The translations under genes and the position numbers were made by a program. A model generated the notes under the pieces. It saw only the letters and a program-made list of their open reading frames with translations. It had not been told where the DNA came from and ran no database searches. Below are positions 26,881-36,766 of a stretch of DNA of 60,012 bases, in pieces. Source of the stretch: a virus. Taxonomy: Duplodnaviria; Caudoviricetes. The stretch spans positions 1 through 60,012 of the IMG/VR virus record IMGVR_UViG_3300037099_000042; one strand, given 5' to 3'. The number at the start of each line of letters is the position of its first letter. Positions within the stretch are counted from its first letter, which is position 1.

Positions 26881-28599
26881 CTAGAAATAGGGGTATGGGG
26901 CGTTGTAGGCGAACGATGCCGACCCGACGACAGTTGCCGCGAAAGTCGAGCCCCCCTGGACATAGGTTGTCCCGGTCACGGTGTTACCAGCGGTCGCGGT
27001 TGCGATCGTAGTTCCGTTGACGCTAAACAGCGTCGATCCGCCTGAGCCTGTCAGAGAGTAGGCGATGGTGGTTGACTGCGGGATCGCGGTCGAAGAGATC
27101 GACGCGGATGTGTAACGAAGCTGCGGCGAGGGTAGAAGTTGGGTTGCTGCGGAAGTATAGGAGAGGATCGCTATACCTCCTTGACCACCACCTACGACTG
27201 CATTAGTTGCGACATAAATACCGCCTGCACCGGGGTATAATGTGGAGCCTCCTGTGGCGCCCACCGACGCGGTATAGCCCCCACCCGGGTTACCGTAACC
27301 ACCTCCGCCGCTTGCGCCGCTAGCTCCGGTCCCACCGGTCGCCCCTTGCCCCCCCGAAGAGGCTGTCCCGTAATAATTATTGCCCCCTGTGTATTGGCTC
27401 CCCGGAGTCGCGCTACCCCCCGTGCCCGCCGCTCCGCCGACGGACGATCCGCCTCCACCAGGGGTTGCCGCGCCACCACCATAGCCAGCACCACCACCGC
27501 CATACCAACCAGACCCGCCCCCACCGCCCCCACCGCCGCCGCCTCCTCCTCCCACATAAACAGCGATGGTCGCCCCGGCCGGAACGTAAACAGAGCCGAC
27601 AACGGTGACCCCGGCAGTCCCGGGAGAACCCGGACCACCACCATTCCCGCCGTTCGCGATGATGGGTACCCCGTTAATTACGACAGCCGTAGACCCGCCA
27701 CCGCCCCCGCCACTACCGCCCGAGTTGCCCGCGCCACCACCACCACCGATCAGCGTATATCCCAGATACCCGCTGACCGGCATCACGCCAGAGTATGACG
27801 ACGTAACGGTGATTTCCGTGACTTGCGTCGGCGCTGGAATTGGGACTGATGATTGCGCGACGAAAGTCAGGATCGCTATACCTCCTTGACCACCACCTAC
27901 GACTGCATTAGTTGCGACATAAATACCGCCTGCACCGTGGTATAATGTGGAGCCTCCTGTGGCGCCCACCGAGCTTACATAGCCCCCACCCGGGTTACCG
28001 TAACCACCTCCGCCACCTTGTACTCCAGATCCGGTCCCACCGGTCGCCCCTTGCCCCCCCGAAGAGGCTATCCCGCTACCATCATTGCCCCCTGTGTATT
28101 GACTCCCCGGGGTCGCGCTAGCCCCCGTGGCCGCCGCTCCGCCGACGGACGATCCGCCTCCACCAGGGGTTGACATGCCGCCACCACCACCACCACCACC
28201 GCCATACCAACCAGATCCGCCCCCGCCTCCATATCCCCCGCCCCCACCACCGACATATACGGCGATGGTCGCCCCGGCCGGAACGTAAACAGAGCCGACA
28301 ACGGTGACCCCGGCAGTCCCGGGAGAACTCAAACCGCCGCCATTCCCGCCGTTCGCGATGATGGGTGCCCCGTTAATTACGACAGCCGTAGACCCGCCAC
28401 CGCCACCGGTATTGACCGTGCTGCCCGCCCCCCCACCGCCCCCAATCAGCTCATAACTGAGCACTCCAGCCTGGGCAAAAGTCGTCGTCAGCGTCGAGGT
28501 AACGGTGATCTCGATCGGGATTTGCAGTAACGGTGGGGTCATGGCTGAGGTATAGAGTAGGTTCCCGAGACCCCCTCCGAGCGGCTGGCCCATGCTCAT
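26881..28599 (-). CDS. Glycine-rich tail/receptor-binding protein with internal duplication
   Basis: Two near-identical Gly-rich modules (~27160-27760 and ~27870-28460); lies in the tail fibre region. Confidence 0.7.
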   Translation of the reverse strand: MSMGQPLGGGLGNLLYTSAMTPPLLQIPIEITVTSTLTTTFAQAGVLSYELIGGGGGAGSTVNTGGGGGSTAVVINGAPIIANGGNGGGLSSPGTAGVTVVGSVYVPAGATIAVYVGGGGGGYGGGGGSGWYGGGGGGGGGMSTPGGGGSSVGGAAATGASATPGSQYTGGNDGSGIASSGGQGATGGTGSGVQGGGGGYGNPGGGYVSSVGATGGSTLYHGAGGIYVATNAVVGGGQGGIAILTFVAQSSVPIPAPTQVTEITVTSSYSGVMPVSGYLGYTLIGGGGGAGNSGGSGGGGGGSTAVVINGVPIIANGGNGGGPGSPGTAGVTVVGSVYVPAGATIAVYVGGGGGGGGGGGGGSGWYGGGGAGYGGGAATPGGGGSSVGGAAGTGGSATPGSQYTGGNNYYGTASSGGQGATGGTGASGASGGGGYGNPGGGYTASVGATGGSTLYPGAGGIYVATNAVVGGGQGGIAILSYTSAATQLLPSPQLRYTSASISSTAIPQSTTIAYSLTGSGGSTLFSVNGTTIATATAGNTVTGTTYVQGGSTFAATVVGSASFAYNAPYPYF

Positions 28600-28602
28600 G
28601 AC

Positions 28603-29037
28603 TTAATAATCCTTGCGTTGGGCATTGAATCGGATACCACCAGCGTTCGCGACACCAATAGCCGCATAGAGGGACTGCCCGGACTTCAGTCGGAGCGGGT
28701 TCGATTCCGTGACCGCTGTGCCGTCGATATGGGTCAATGGAACCGGCCAAACCGCAGTAGTGGTGCTGAGCGTCTGCGCAGTCATCACGGCCATGCCGAT
28801 GAGCGCGTAATTAGTTCCGTCGAAGATGTAGAGCTGGAGATTAGTCAGAACGCTTGTTGCCACAGGGATCGCGGCAATGTGGGCATACTCGGAAAATCCG
28901 CCCGCCCCCGTCCCCGCTGTCGAAAGAAGGACGCCGTTAGGGAGTGACGTCCCGGTATACGTCGTGTTCGCCGCGGTGCAGACGCAGGTGTCGTTCGCCG
29001 CCAGTATGGGGAATGAACTTGTCGGTGAGGTTGACAT
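28603..29037 (-). CDS. Hypothetical tail-region protein
   Basis: GGAG RBS; tight packing in the operon. Confidence 0.65.
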   Translation of the reverse strand: MSTSPTSSFPILAANDTCVCTAANTTYTGTSLPNGVLLSTAGTGAGGFSEYAHIAAIPVATSVLTNLQLYIFDGTNYALIGMAVMTAQTLSTTTAVWPVPLTHIDGTAVTESNPLRLKSGQSLYAAIGVANAGGIRFNAQRKDY

Positions 29038-29061
29038 GGTAGACTCCGATCAAGAAAAATA

Positions 29062-29571
29062 TCAGTTCCACTTCGCGGCATCGATCTGTGCTGAGGTCGT
29101 GATCGTCCCGGCATTGATGCCGGCGATTACCGCGGCCAAGTCCTGCCAAAGCGCAGTGACCCAAGCGCCAACGGCACCACCGAACTCAACCATCTGCGTT
29201 GGCGTGATCGTGTGCTGACTGTAGTCGCAATCAACGTAGATCTGCGTAGGAGTTGCGGCCGTCATCGTTCCGTTGCTTGCCCACGCCATCAGACTATTGA
29301 TCCCGCTGATAGACACCGGGTCACACTCGGTGGTGAGGGTCACGGCGCTGCCAGACAGGGTATGGCTGTAGATCCCCGACAAGACGGCGGCTTGTTTGGC
29401 GCTGGCATAGTTCAAAAGCGCTGTCTTGCTTTGCGCAGCCAAGTGTCCGGTCCATCGCGGGTCAGTGTCGGGCATCTCGACGTAGCCAGTCGGCGGATTG
29501 AGTGCCTGAGATTGGGGAAATACGGCGTTGATCGTTCCGTCAACGCCATAAGAACAAAAGATCGTAGCCAT
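29062..29571 (-). CDS. Tail fibre assembly-like protein (DUF4376-like)
   Basis: D.DPRW...; I.AGTITT.AQIDAA.W C-terminus; follows the fibre gene. Confidence 0.6.
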   Translation of the reverse strand: MATIFCSYGVDGTINAVFPQSQALNPPTGYVEMPDTDPRWTGHLAAQSKTALLNYASAKQAAVLSGIYSHTLSGSAVTLTTECDPVSISGINSLMAWASNGTMTAATPTQIYVDCDYSQHTITPTQMVEFGGAVGAWVTALWQDLAAVIAGINAGTITTSAQIDAAKWN

Positions 29572-29585
29572 GATTTCTCGCCTCT

Positions 29586-31007
29586 TTAGACGGAGTATGA
29601 TGTGATCGAGATAGCACCAGACGTGACGTTTGCTGATGCCGAGTAATACAGCGTCTGCGCAGCGGCGAGGGGCAAGAAAAAGTCCCCGTTCGGCCCTCCT
29701 GTGACGCTACCAGAAATATTCGCCCCCACGTTCTGGCCACCGAAGCTTGCTGTCGTCGCCGCTACTGTGATGTTGGCCGTACCGTTCGAGCTACCTACGA
29801 CGCCGATAGTGCCGGAAATGGCTTTCGCATTGACGGGAACGATGCTTGAGATGCTCGTAGCCGTCAAACTTGCAGCGCCTGAGATCGTCACTGCGGTCGC
29901 AGCCGAGAACACTGACCACCCGCCTACCTGATTTGATGCTGTGGCGTACTTGACTGTTCCAAGATAGAGCGAAACAGTGTATCCGCTCGGGGCGTGGCTG
30001 CCCGCGTAAACAGCCGAGCCATTACCGTTGCTCGCCAAGGTCGCGATGGCACTGACGCTTGAGCTTGTTGGGTTGTAGATGGCGTAGATATCGTAGAACG
30101 TCCCAGAGATCGGCGTGCCGTAGTCCAGGGCTGCTGTGCCGGTCGTCGCAAAGTTGACGGACTGATCGAAGTTTGACAGGGTGTAGGCCGTTCCGCCGAC
30201 GGCAGTCGCGGCAATACCGCTATCAAACGAAGTGGTGACTACAGACGCTCCCGCGTACCCGATGAGCAGGTTGCGGATTGCACTCGGGGCACTGACCGGC
30301 GGCTGAGCGACCGTAGCCGGGATTGCTTGCGGGCCTGCGTAGATGTTAGTGCCGTCCCCCCAGACGGCCGATGTCGAGGACTGTCCAATCACAACGCCCG
30401 TACCCGCAGAAGTCTTGCAAGTGACGGTGTAGCTGCCGGTAGTGTTGTTGAACAGCTGCCAAGATCCAACAATTGTGGGGAATATAATCTGGACATTTGC
30501 AGTCAAGCTGCCAGAGAGTACGAAGAAACCGCGATTATACTGAACCGCAGTCAAGGTTACATTGGCGTTGCTCAACGAAAGAGAAATCAGACCATACGCT
30601 GTTCCGCTAGGTATCCAATTTGAGCCTCCTGTGTCTGGGTTTGACGTATTGCTGTCTGCCGTGGATCGCCAGAACCCCGTCCCGTCCAGGGACTGTAGAA
30701 CGGCGCCGGCAGGATACCCACCGATCGTAGAGGCGTAGGCGGCGTTGTAGACGGGTCGTCCGCCAACCTGCACCCACTGGAGTCCCGCAGTGGTCTGGTA
30801 CAAAATTCCGTTGAAATCTTGCCCGAACGGAGGCACTCCGCCCGCCGAAATCGGGAGGAACGTCAGCGGGGGGAACCCGTCATTGAGCGACGCCGCGCCG
30901 GGAGTCACGCCGATCTGGGAGGCGGTTGGGATCGTTCGGATGTACCCCGCCGCGGCGTTGACGCCGAACGGTTCAACAAACGAGGTAGGCGCGGAGGCTG
31001 CGAGCAT
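29586..31007 (-). CDS. Tail fibre protein
   Basis: ASLNDGFPPLT...GGVPPFGQDFNGIL...IGGYPAGAVL N-terminus typical of this myovirus group. Confidence 0.85.
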   Translation of the reverse strand: MLAASAPTSFVEPFGVNAAAGYIRTIPTASQIGVTPGAASLNDGFPPLTFLPISAGGVPPFGQDFNGILYQTTAGLQWVQVGGRPVYNAAYASTIGGYPAGAVLQSLDGTGFWRSTADSNTSNPDTGGSNWIPSGTAYGLISLSLSNANVTLTAVQYNRGFFVLSGSLTANVQIIFPTIVGSWQLFNNTTGSYTVTCKTSAGTGVVIGQSSTSAVWGDGTNIYAGPQAIPATVAQPPVSAPSAIRNLLIGYAGASVVTTSFDSGIAATAVGGTAYTLSNFDQSVNFATTGTAALDYGTPISGTFYDIYAIYNPTSSSVSAIATLASNGNGSAVYAGSHAPSGYTVSLYLGTVKYATASNQVGGWSVFSAATAVTISGAASLTATSISSIVPVNAKAISGTIGVVGSSNGTANITVAATTASFGGQNVGANISGSVTGGPNGDFFLPLAAAQTLYYSASANVTSGAISITSYSV

Positions 31008-31025
31008 AGCGTTGATCCCTCAGGA

Positions 31026-31763
31026 TTAGAAGCTGAATGGTATGGCGTGGAGAGCAGCAGTAGAAACGCCACCCCCCGACGAAGCCTGCCTGATTTGAAA
31101 GTATGTGCCGTCGTAGAACGCCTCCACGACTTGGCCTGCGACGATATCGCCTGTGGTAAGCGCGCTTGCTCCATCCTGGTGCTTGATTGCCGCCGCGCCC
31201 AGGCCGTTGACATTGAGGGTGCTGGCTCCCGTACAGGCGTTCGCGGCCTTGAACCTGACGGGGGCACCGATAAGCGCAGTCAGCGATGCCGGGACCGGGG
31301 AAAGCGTCACGACATAGGCATTCGCCGTGCCAGTATCCGCCGAATAGCTCGGTACCTGCGATTGGAGGTCGGTCTTATTGACCAGCGTTCCGGACGTTGG
31401 GAACGTCACCGCAGTCGTGGCCGTCAGCGTCCCGGTGAAACTATAGGCCCCCGCCAGGGTAAGTGCGCCGGCCAGCGTGACCGCCTTACCGCCGACCGAC
31501 CCAACGGTCACTGCGCCTGCGTTGGTGACCGTCGCATCCCCCGACACAGAAACTGCCGTGGCAACTCCGCCCGCACTCCCGACGAATATCTTGTTGTTGG
31601 CGAGCGGAAGAAGAGATGCGGCAATTGCGGCAAGCTGAGTTCCGGTGAACTGGACAACGTAACCGCTCGCAGCCTGATATCCAAGAACAGTATCCAGCGG
31701 CTGCATCGCGCTACCGGCTGGGTATTGGTAGAGCGCCTTATATCCGGCAGGGGTAGCCATCAT
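31026..31763 (-). CDS. Tail fibre-associated protein
   Basis: DTGTANAY...FKAANACTGASTLNVNGLGA domain. Confidence 0.65.
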   Translation of the reverse strand: MMATPAGYKALYQYPAGSAMQPLDTVLGYQAASGYVVQFTGTQLAAIAASLLPLANNKIFVGSAGGVATAVSVSGDATVTNAGAVTVGSVGGKAVTLAGALTLAGAYSFTGTLTATTAVTFPTSGTLVNKTDLQSQVPSYSADTGTANAYVVTLSPVPASLTALIGAPVRFKAANACTGASTLNVNGLGAAAIKHQDGASALTTGDIVAGQVVEAFYDGTYFQIRQASSGGGVSTAALHAIPFSF

Positions 31764-31768
31764 GGACC

Positions 31769-32659
31769 TCAATTGGTTGTAAGTGCGAACCCGTTCTGGT
31801 CAAGTATCTCTAGGTTGAACTGATCCATGACGCCAGAACCACGGTCGGCAGCGTCAACGATGCTGAACCCGGGGAACAGGGCTCCTTGGTTGAACGGTAC
31901 TGCGCAAGAGATCCCGGCTTCATTAAATCCAAACACCCCGCCCAAGAGGTCCACATCCATGATCTCTACTTCGACGCCTGTTGGCATCGGGATCAAACCA
32001 GACTGCGACAAGATCGCGATATCGAGTGGCTGGAGCAAAAACTCGGCGGTGATGCGGACATTCATTCCGCCGGTATCCTGATAAACCACCGGCTGGTCCC
32101 ATGTGCCGTATAGGGGAGCCTGATTAAACCCGGCAATCGTGCTCGTTACTCCGGCGCCAACCGCTTCCGCAAAGCCGAATGTCGCGAGCGCGAGTTGGTT
32201 GACTGAGTTTCGATCCGAAATGTAGACATTGCCCCCCCGCCCAGCAAACAATGATCGGAGCAATGTATTGTATGTTGGGATAGAAGTCTTGGATATATTC
32301 ATCAATGCTTTTAGCAGGATGAGCGACTGGTACTGCGCGTCTCCAATGGTGTAGTTCTGAGTTGCCGGCGTGCCGGAATAGAGCGGAGACTGCCCAAACG
32401 GATCGGCAGATACCGACGTGGCTTCCTCGTACCCTAGGAACTTGCTGCCGCCGGAGATCGTAAGCTTGCGGGTGATGCCAACAATCCGGCCCCATACGTC
32501 CAGTCCGTAGCCGGTCGCGGTCTGGACGTTCCATACGCTGTTGTAAAACGCCGTGATGTTCGTCGCGGGATCAATACAAGCATTGAACTCCTGGATCAGA
32601 GCCAGTATGCGCGGACTATTGGCGTATTGGCTCAGTATTGTTTGTTGCCAGTTTTCCAT
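31769..32659 (-). CDS. Baseplate protein (DUF2612-like)
   Basis: ILSQYANSP, TATGYGLDVWGRIVG; downstream of baseplate J. Confidence 0.8.
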   Translation of the reverse strand: MENWQQTILSQYANSPRILALIQEFNACIDPATNITAFYNSVWNVQTATGYGLDVWGRIVGITRKLTISGGSKFLGYEEATSVSADPFGQSPLYSGTPATQNYTIGDAQYQSLILLKALMNISKTSIPTYNTLLRSLFAGRGGNVYISDRNSVNQLALATFGFAEAVGAGVTSTIAGFNQAPLYGTWDQPVVYQDTGGMNVRITAEFLLQPLDIAILSQSGLIPMPTGVEVEIMDVDLLGGVFGFNEAGISCAVPFNQGALFPGFSIVDAADRGSGVMDQFNLEILDQNGFALTTN

Positions 32660-33873
32660 TATCTGAACACCACGCTGATGTTGGCGCTCGATATAGTTGG
32701 GACTTGTCCTATTCCCATAGTTATGGAGTTATTGACCGCCGACGTAAGCCCGATCTGGACTGAATAGATGAACGCCCACGGTCCTAGGGAGGCAATGCCA
32801 GCATAGAACCGACTGGCGAACAGCGTTGATCCGATGCGCGCGCGCGAACCCCCGTCCGTGCCGGTGAACGCCGCCGTGATCGCAGCTTGGATCAGCGCAA
32901 TCGCATTGGCCGGGACATTGGCGTTGTTCTGCATTGCTACATTGAACAGAACCGGCGTGGCAGTCGGAGTTTGAAACGTCACTGGATAGGTTGGGTAGGG
33001 GGCACTATACCCTGATGACGAGTCTTGAATATAGACCGTGGTGTTTCCGGTATAGTTGCATCCCGGCGACTTCTTGTTCCATATCGCCTGAGCAACGGCT
33101 GTTGCGTTGCCCCCGTAGACGCACACATAAATGCTATTCGGTACGAGAGTTATGCCGCCAACATTGGCCGACACCGGAGTCACATTCTCGGTGACGTAGG
33201 CGTCGAGTACGCCAGGGACCTGGAACACCGCCCCCAGAACGCTGGGGAGGCTCCCCTGTGCGTTGAGCGCAACCGATGCGGCACGCCGGTATTCAAAATC
33301 GGAACGGCTCTCCACGACGTTGCCAAGCACGCCTGCGCTGGCGTTGCCGACCCGGTCCCATCCGGGGATTGCCTGATAGATTGCGTTGAGGTATCCGGCT
33401 GGACACGCGAGGGGTCCGGTGCTCTGCGCTGCAAACGTCAGATCGACAGTGCCAGACGCAGGGATAGCGCCGGTCTGTGTGCAGAGATAAATGTTGCCGC
33501 CCTGGTCCTGGGCTTTTGCCCCAATCGGAATCACAGTCCCGAACAGACCGACGCAGGTGGCGGTGACCACAGTGCTCTGAGCCGGGTTGCGTGTCATGAA
33601 ATAAATGCGGCCGATGGCGTCCTGCATCCTGCCGCTGGCGTAGGACGGATCGACGCCCTGGGTCAGCGCCAGGAACTGATTGTTGCAGTCACCTATGATG
33701 GCCGTGAGCGATTGCGCAAGCTGCCCCTGGGGCGTGTTGAGGCCGAGATTGAGATTGCCGCCGAAAGCGAGGTTCTGGTCGGCCTGGACGCCTGCTAAGA
33801 TTGACGCCTCGGTCGGGGCAATAAAGCCTGTGGGTCCGAACGTGGGGGGCGGAACTGCTGTCGTGAAGGCCAT
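32659..33873 (-). CDS. Baseplate J-like protein
   Basis: TPQGQLA, DP.YASGRMQDAIG, G..VESR.DFE.RR. Confidence 0.88.
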   Translation of the reverse strand: MAFTTAVPPPTFGPTGFIAPTEASILAGVQADQNLAFGGNLNLGLNTPQGQLAQSLTAIIGDCNNQFLALTQGVDPSYASGRMQDAIGRIYFMTRNPAQSTVVTATCVGLFGTVIPIGAKAQDQGGNIYLCTQTGAIPASGTVDLTFAAQSTGPLACPAGYLNAIYQAIPGWDRVGNASAGVLGNVVESRSDFEYRRAASVALNAQGSLPSVLGAVFQVPGVLDAYVTENVTPVSANVGGITLVPNSIYVCVYGGNATAVAQAIWNKKSPGCNYTGNTTVYIQDSSSGYSAPYPTYPVTFQTPTATPVLFNVAMQNNANVPANAIALIQAAITAAFTGTDGGSRARIGSTLFASRFYAGIASLGPWAFIYSVQIGLTSAVNNSITMGIGQVPTISSANISVVFR

Positions 33874-33876
33874 GGA

Positions 33877-34227
33877 TCAGAACCCCAATGCGACGATATT
33901 ACCGGTCGAGTTCGTTACCTGAACTTGCCCAGAGACCTTCCGACCATTAAAGTCAGAAACAAACACCTGCGCGGCAGTAACTTCCGGTACCGTGAGCGCG
34001 GCTGCGACCCACTGCGCCTTCAACTGTGCCAACGGCTGTTGCTTACCCAAGGTCTGTGTCCAGTACGGCACGCCAACTGTGGTGTCGTACCAACACTCTG
34101 ACTTAAAGCACCGAATAGCTGATGCGGCGTCTTGCGCCAATGAATAGACATCGCTTGCTTTTGCAAAGTTTCCTGAAGAGTCTAGCACCATATCCCATGC
34201 TGCCGGATCAAGATACACTGTGTCCAT
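33877..34227 (-). CDS. Baseplate wedge protein (gp25-like)
   Basis: ECWYDTTVGVPY; position before J. Confidence 0.75.
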   Translation of the reverse strand: MDTVYLDPAAWDMVLDSSGNFAKASDVYSLAQDAASAIRCFKSECWYDTTVGVPYWTQTLGKQQPLAQLKAQWVAAALTVPEVTAAQVFVSDFNGRKVSGQVQVTNSTGNIVALGF

Positions 34228-34237
34228 CTTTGATCCC

Positions 34238-34951
34238 CTATGCGGTAAACGGGCTCACGGTGACTGTGGGTTCCGGCGGTCCCGACGTCCCAGTCCCCGG
34301 CATCGTGTTGATGTGCGTGTGAGCGATGGCACTGACCCCTCCAGCCACAACGTCATGGACCACGCTCACCGGTCCGGTCAGCGACACCGCGCTGCCATCG
34401 GCACCGCCGGCCTGGGTGACCATGCCGTTGAGGGCAATCAGCGGTGCGTTCAGGGTGATCCGTGTCGGGGACGTGATCGTGATGCCCTTGCTATCCCCGG
34501 CCGTCACAAACTGGATGTACTGTTCAGGCGTGTCGTTGCAGAACCCGCCGATATAGAGCGCATCTGCCATGTCAAACCTGCGTCGGCTTCCTGGATTGGA
34601 CTGCGCCTGGTTGGCGACCGCGCTTGAAATATCCCGGTCAGCGAAAACCGCGATGCCGATGTCGCCGACTTCCGGGTCAATAATGACCGCGTTGGCGCCG
34701 CCCTGAAGGCGAAAGTAGGGGCAGTGACGAACCTCGCTATGCTGCGTCGCAATGTCATTTCCATCGAGCATATTGACCATGGGCAGGATATCAACAAATC
34801 CGACGGGTACGACCCCGCCATCGTTGGTGACGGCCTGAACCTGCACGAGCGTCGCAACGCATATACGCGACATCATCATTTTGACAAGAAACTGTGTCGC
34901 GTGGAAGTGAGACGCAGAACTATTCAGCTCTTGGAACCCATTAGCATCCAT
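34238..34951 (-). CDS. Baseplate spike protein
   Basis: DPEVGDIGIAVFADRDIS, RRFDMADA, C-terminal HTH (HxH) iron-binding motif. Confidence 0.85.
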   Translation of the reverse strand: MDANGFQELNSSASHFHATQFLVKMMMSRICVATLVQVQAVTNDGGVVPVGFVDILPMVNMLDGNDIATQHSEVRHCPYFRLQGGANAVIIDPEVGDIGIAVFADRDISSAVANQAQSNPGSRRRFDMADALYIGGFCNDTPEQYIQFVTAGDSKGITITSPTRITLNAPLIALNGMVTQAGGADGSAVSLTGPVSVVHDVVAGGVSAIAHTHINTMPGTGTSGPPEPTVTVSPFTA

Positions 34952-35811
34952 CACCCACCCCCTGCCATCATTCGACCCGTCGCCTGTGTAAACCACGAGC
35001 CGTTTGGGGTGTAGCTTTCGATGTGGTGCATGATCCCACCGTTGGTAATCATCGTTCCATTTGCTGCATGAAAGCCCGTTTTGATCACAACTTTAGTTCC
35101 AAATTTTATCAACGGATTATAGAGCGTTGTCACCGTGACCGATTGACCATCAAATGACGGATATCCAACAAGTCCTGTCTCGGCCGACACCTGAACCGAC
35201 GAAAGCCCGTTGTCCCCGTTAGACGGCCAAATGGCGAGCCATCCGCCGCCGTCAGCAGTCGAAAATATTCTAGTCTCTATGTGCGCCGCTTCCGCACATT
35301 GAATCATTTGAGCATATGGCGTTCCCCAGAAATGTGGCTTGTGAAGAACCGAAGACACCCCATTATTGTGAAGTTTCAGCCCCATCAATCCAGCAACAGT
35401 TGCCATAAAGTCGGCAACAGCTACGTCGCCAGGATATGAGTTGTCAGATGTCGGAAGAATTCCGTCGATAGGGATGCCGTGGGCGATAATTTGAAGCGCC
35501 ACATCCGGCATGCCAACCATATCAGCCCACGACGCAGCCACAAGACCGCAGAACGCTACTGGCATCCCGTGCTCAGCATCGCCCGCGTAAACGGCGACGG
35601 TCGTCTTCAACAGACGGTCAGGCGCGTTCGGTTGGAAAGTTGACAACGCGGCCATGTGATCTTTACTGACGCCGTGGATGCGAATACTCGCGTTTTTCGG
35701 AACAGGACCGCCGAAGTCTTCCATTTGAACGGATGTTCTAAGGCCTGCAAAGCTGTACGACCCGCCCGGCGCTACGAGATCGACCCTGATCTCTTTCTTG
35801 GTAAAGGCCAT
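34951..35811 (-). CDS. Baseplate hub protein
   Basis: VSAETGLVGYPS; H..ES..PNG.WFT; position. Confidence 0.75.
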   Translation of the reverse strand: MAFTKKEIRVDLVAPGGSYSFAGLRTSVQMEDFGGPVPKNASIRIHGVSKDHMAALSTFQPNAPDRLLKTTVAVYAGDAEHGMPVAFCGLVAASWADMVGMPDVALQIIAHGIPIDGILPTSDNSYPGDVAVADFMATVAGLMGLKLHNNGVSSVLHKPHFWGTPYAQMIQCAEAAHIETRIFSTADGGGWLAIWPSNGDNGLSSVQVSAETGLVGYPSFDGQSVTVTTLYNPLIKFGTKVVIKTGFHAANGTMITNGGIMHHIESYTPNGSWFTQATGRMMAGGG

Positions 35812-36161
35812 CAGCCTATCCCGTTCAAGTCGGATAGTTCCAAATAGACCAACTGATATCGCACGCCAAGGCCGGGGCTGGTCGGATCGAGACTTCCCTG
35901 GGTGTCAAAAAACACGATATCGCCAGAGAACCCAAGATATACGTCTCGGACTATCTTGTTGTTGTTCTCGCAGATCACGCCGCCGATGATTAGTGCGTTA
36001 TTGACATAGACATCACAGAACAGCGACACGATAAGATTGGGGCTGGTCGGGTTCGCTGTGTCCGTATATTGCTTTTGATAAATGTTTATGGTGCAGTTCT
36101 GTCCGTCAAGAGAGACCTGAAGTATCTGTGCATAGACATCGTTGATCGGAATGATCTGCAT
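35811..36161 (-). CDS. Baseplate/tail protein
   Basis: YLGFSGD..F.DTQG..DP...GLG.RY.L.Y. Confidence 0.7.
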   Translation of the reverse strand: MQIIPINDVYAQILQVSLDGQNCTINIYQKQYTDTANPTSPNLIVSLFCDVYVNNALIIGGVICENNNKIVRDVYLGFSGDIVFFDTQGSLDPTSPGLGVRYQLVYLELSDLNGIG

Positions 36162-36166
36162 TACCT

Positions 36167-36766
36167 TTACGCCCCCGCGCCAGCTACGGCCGGAGTTGCC
36201 GGTTGAGGCTGCACCGTGCCGGTAGTTGTTGGGCTTGCCCCGCTTGGCGATGCTGGATTAGCAACACCGCCCGTCGCGTTGGGCGCGGTCGGTATCCAGA
36301 CGAACCACACCTCGACGGTCAGCAATCCGACGCCGTTGGTGGCGGATCGTCGGTAGTCGTAGTGATGTATCGTAAAGTTTGGATACACACGCTCCGGCGT
36401 CCAGATATCATAGAGCGGATCGACGACGTTCGTAATTTGCTCAAGCGATGATATAAATGCAGACCTATCGTCTTCTGACCCGCCCTTCGTCATGGTTAGT
36501 CGTATTTCAACGGGAACTTGCACTTTGTTGTAGGCTTGAAATCCGTCTGGTTCCATTGGATAGTCTGAAACCCGAAGCTCGTCTTTAATCTCGAATGAGA
36601 TCACGGAATCAGGCTGGAGAACAAACGAGCTACTGCCCGCCTCAGCAACACCCCATTGCGGCGGCGCAAACAGACTCTGAATGTAGAGTGCGTCCGACAC
36701 CAACAGCGACACGGTATTTGCAATCGCCGTGGCTTGGTTCAGCAGCGGCGGGACGCCATTTGCCAT
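36167..36766 (-). CDS. Tail tube initiator-like protein
   Basis: VSDYPME...F.AYNKV..P; follows the tape measure gene. Confidence 0.7.
   Translation of the reverse strand: MANGVPPLLNQATAIANTVSLLVSDALYIQSLFAPPQWGVAEAGSSSFVLQPDSVISFEIKDELRVSDYPMEPDGFQAYNKVQVPVEIRLTMTKGGSEDDRSAFISSLEQITNVVDPLYDIWTPERVYPNFTIHHYDYRRSATNGVGLLTVEVWFVWIPTAPNATGGVANPASPSGASPTTTGTVQPQPATPAVAGAGA

Noticed and set aside
26881-28599. Diversity-generating retroelement template/variable repeat pair
   Set aside because: No reverse transcriptase in the genome; both copies are in-frame coding and differences are not confined to adenines
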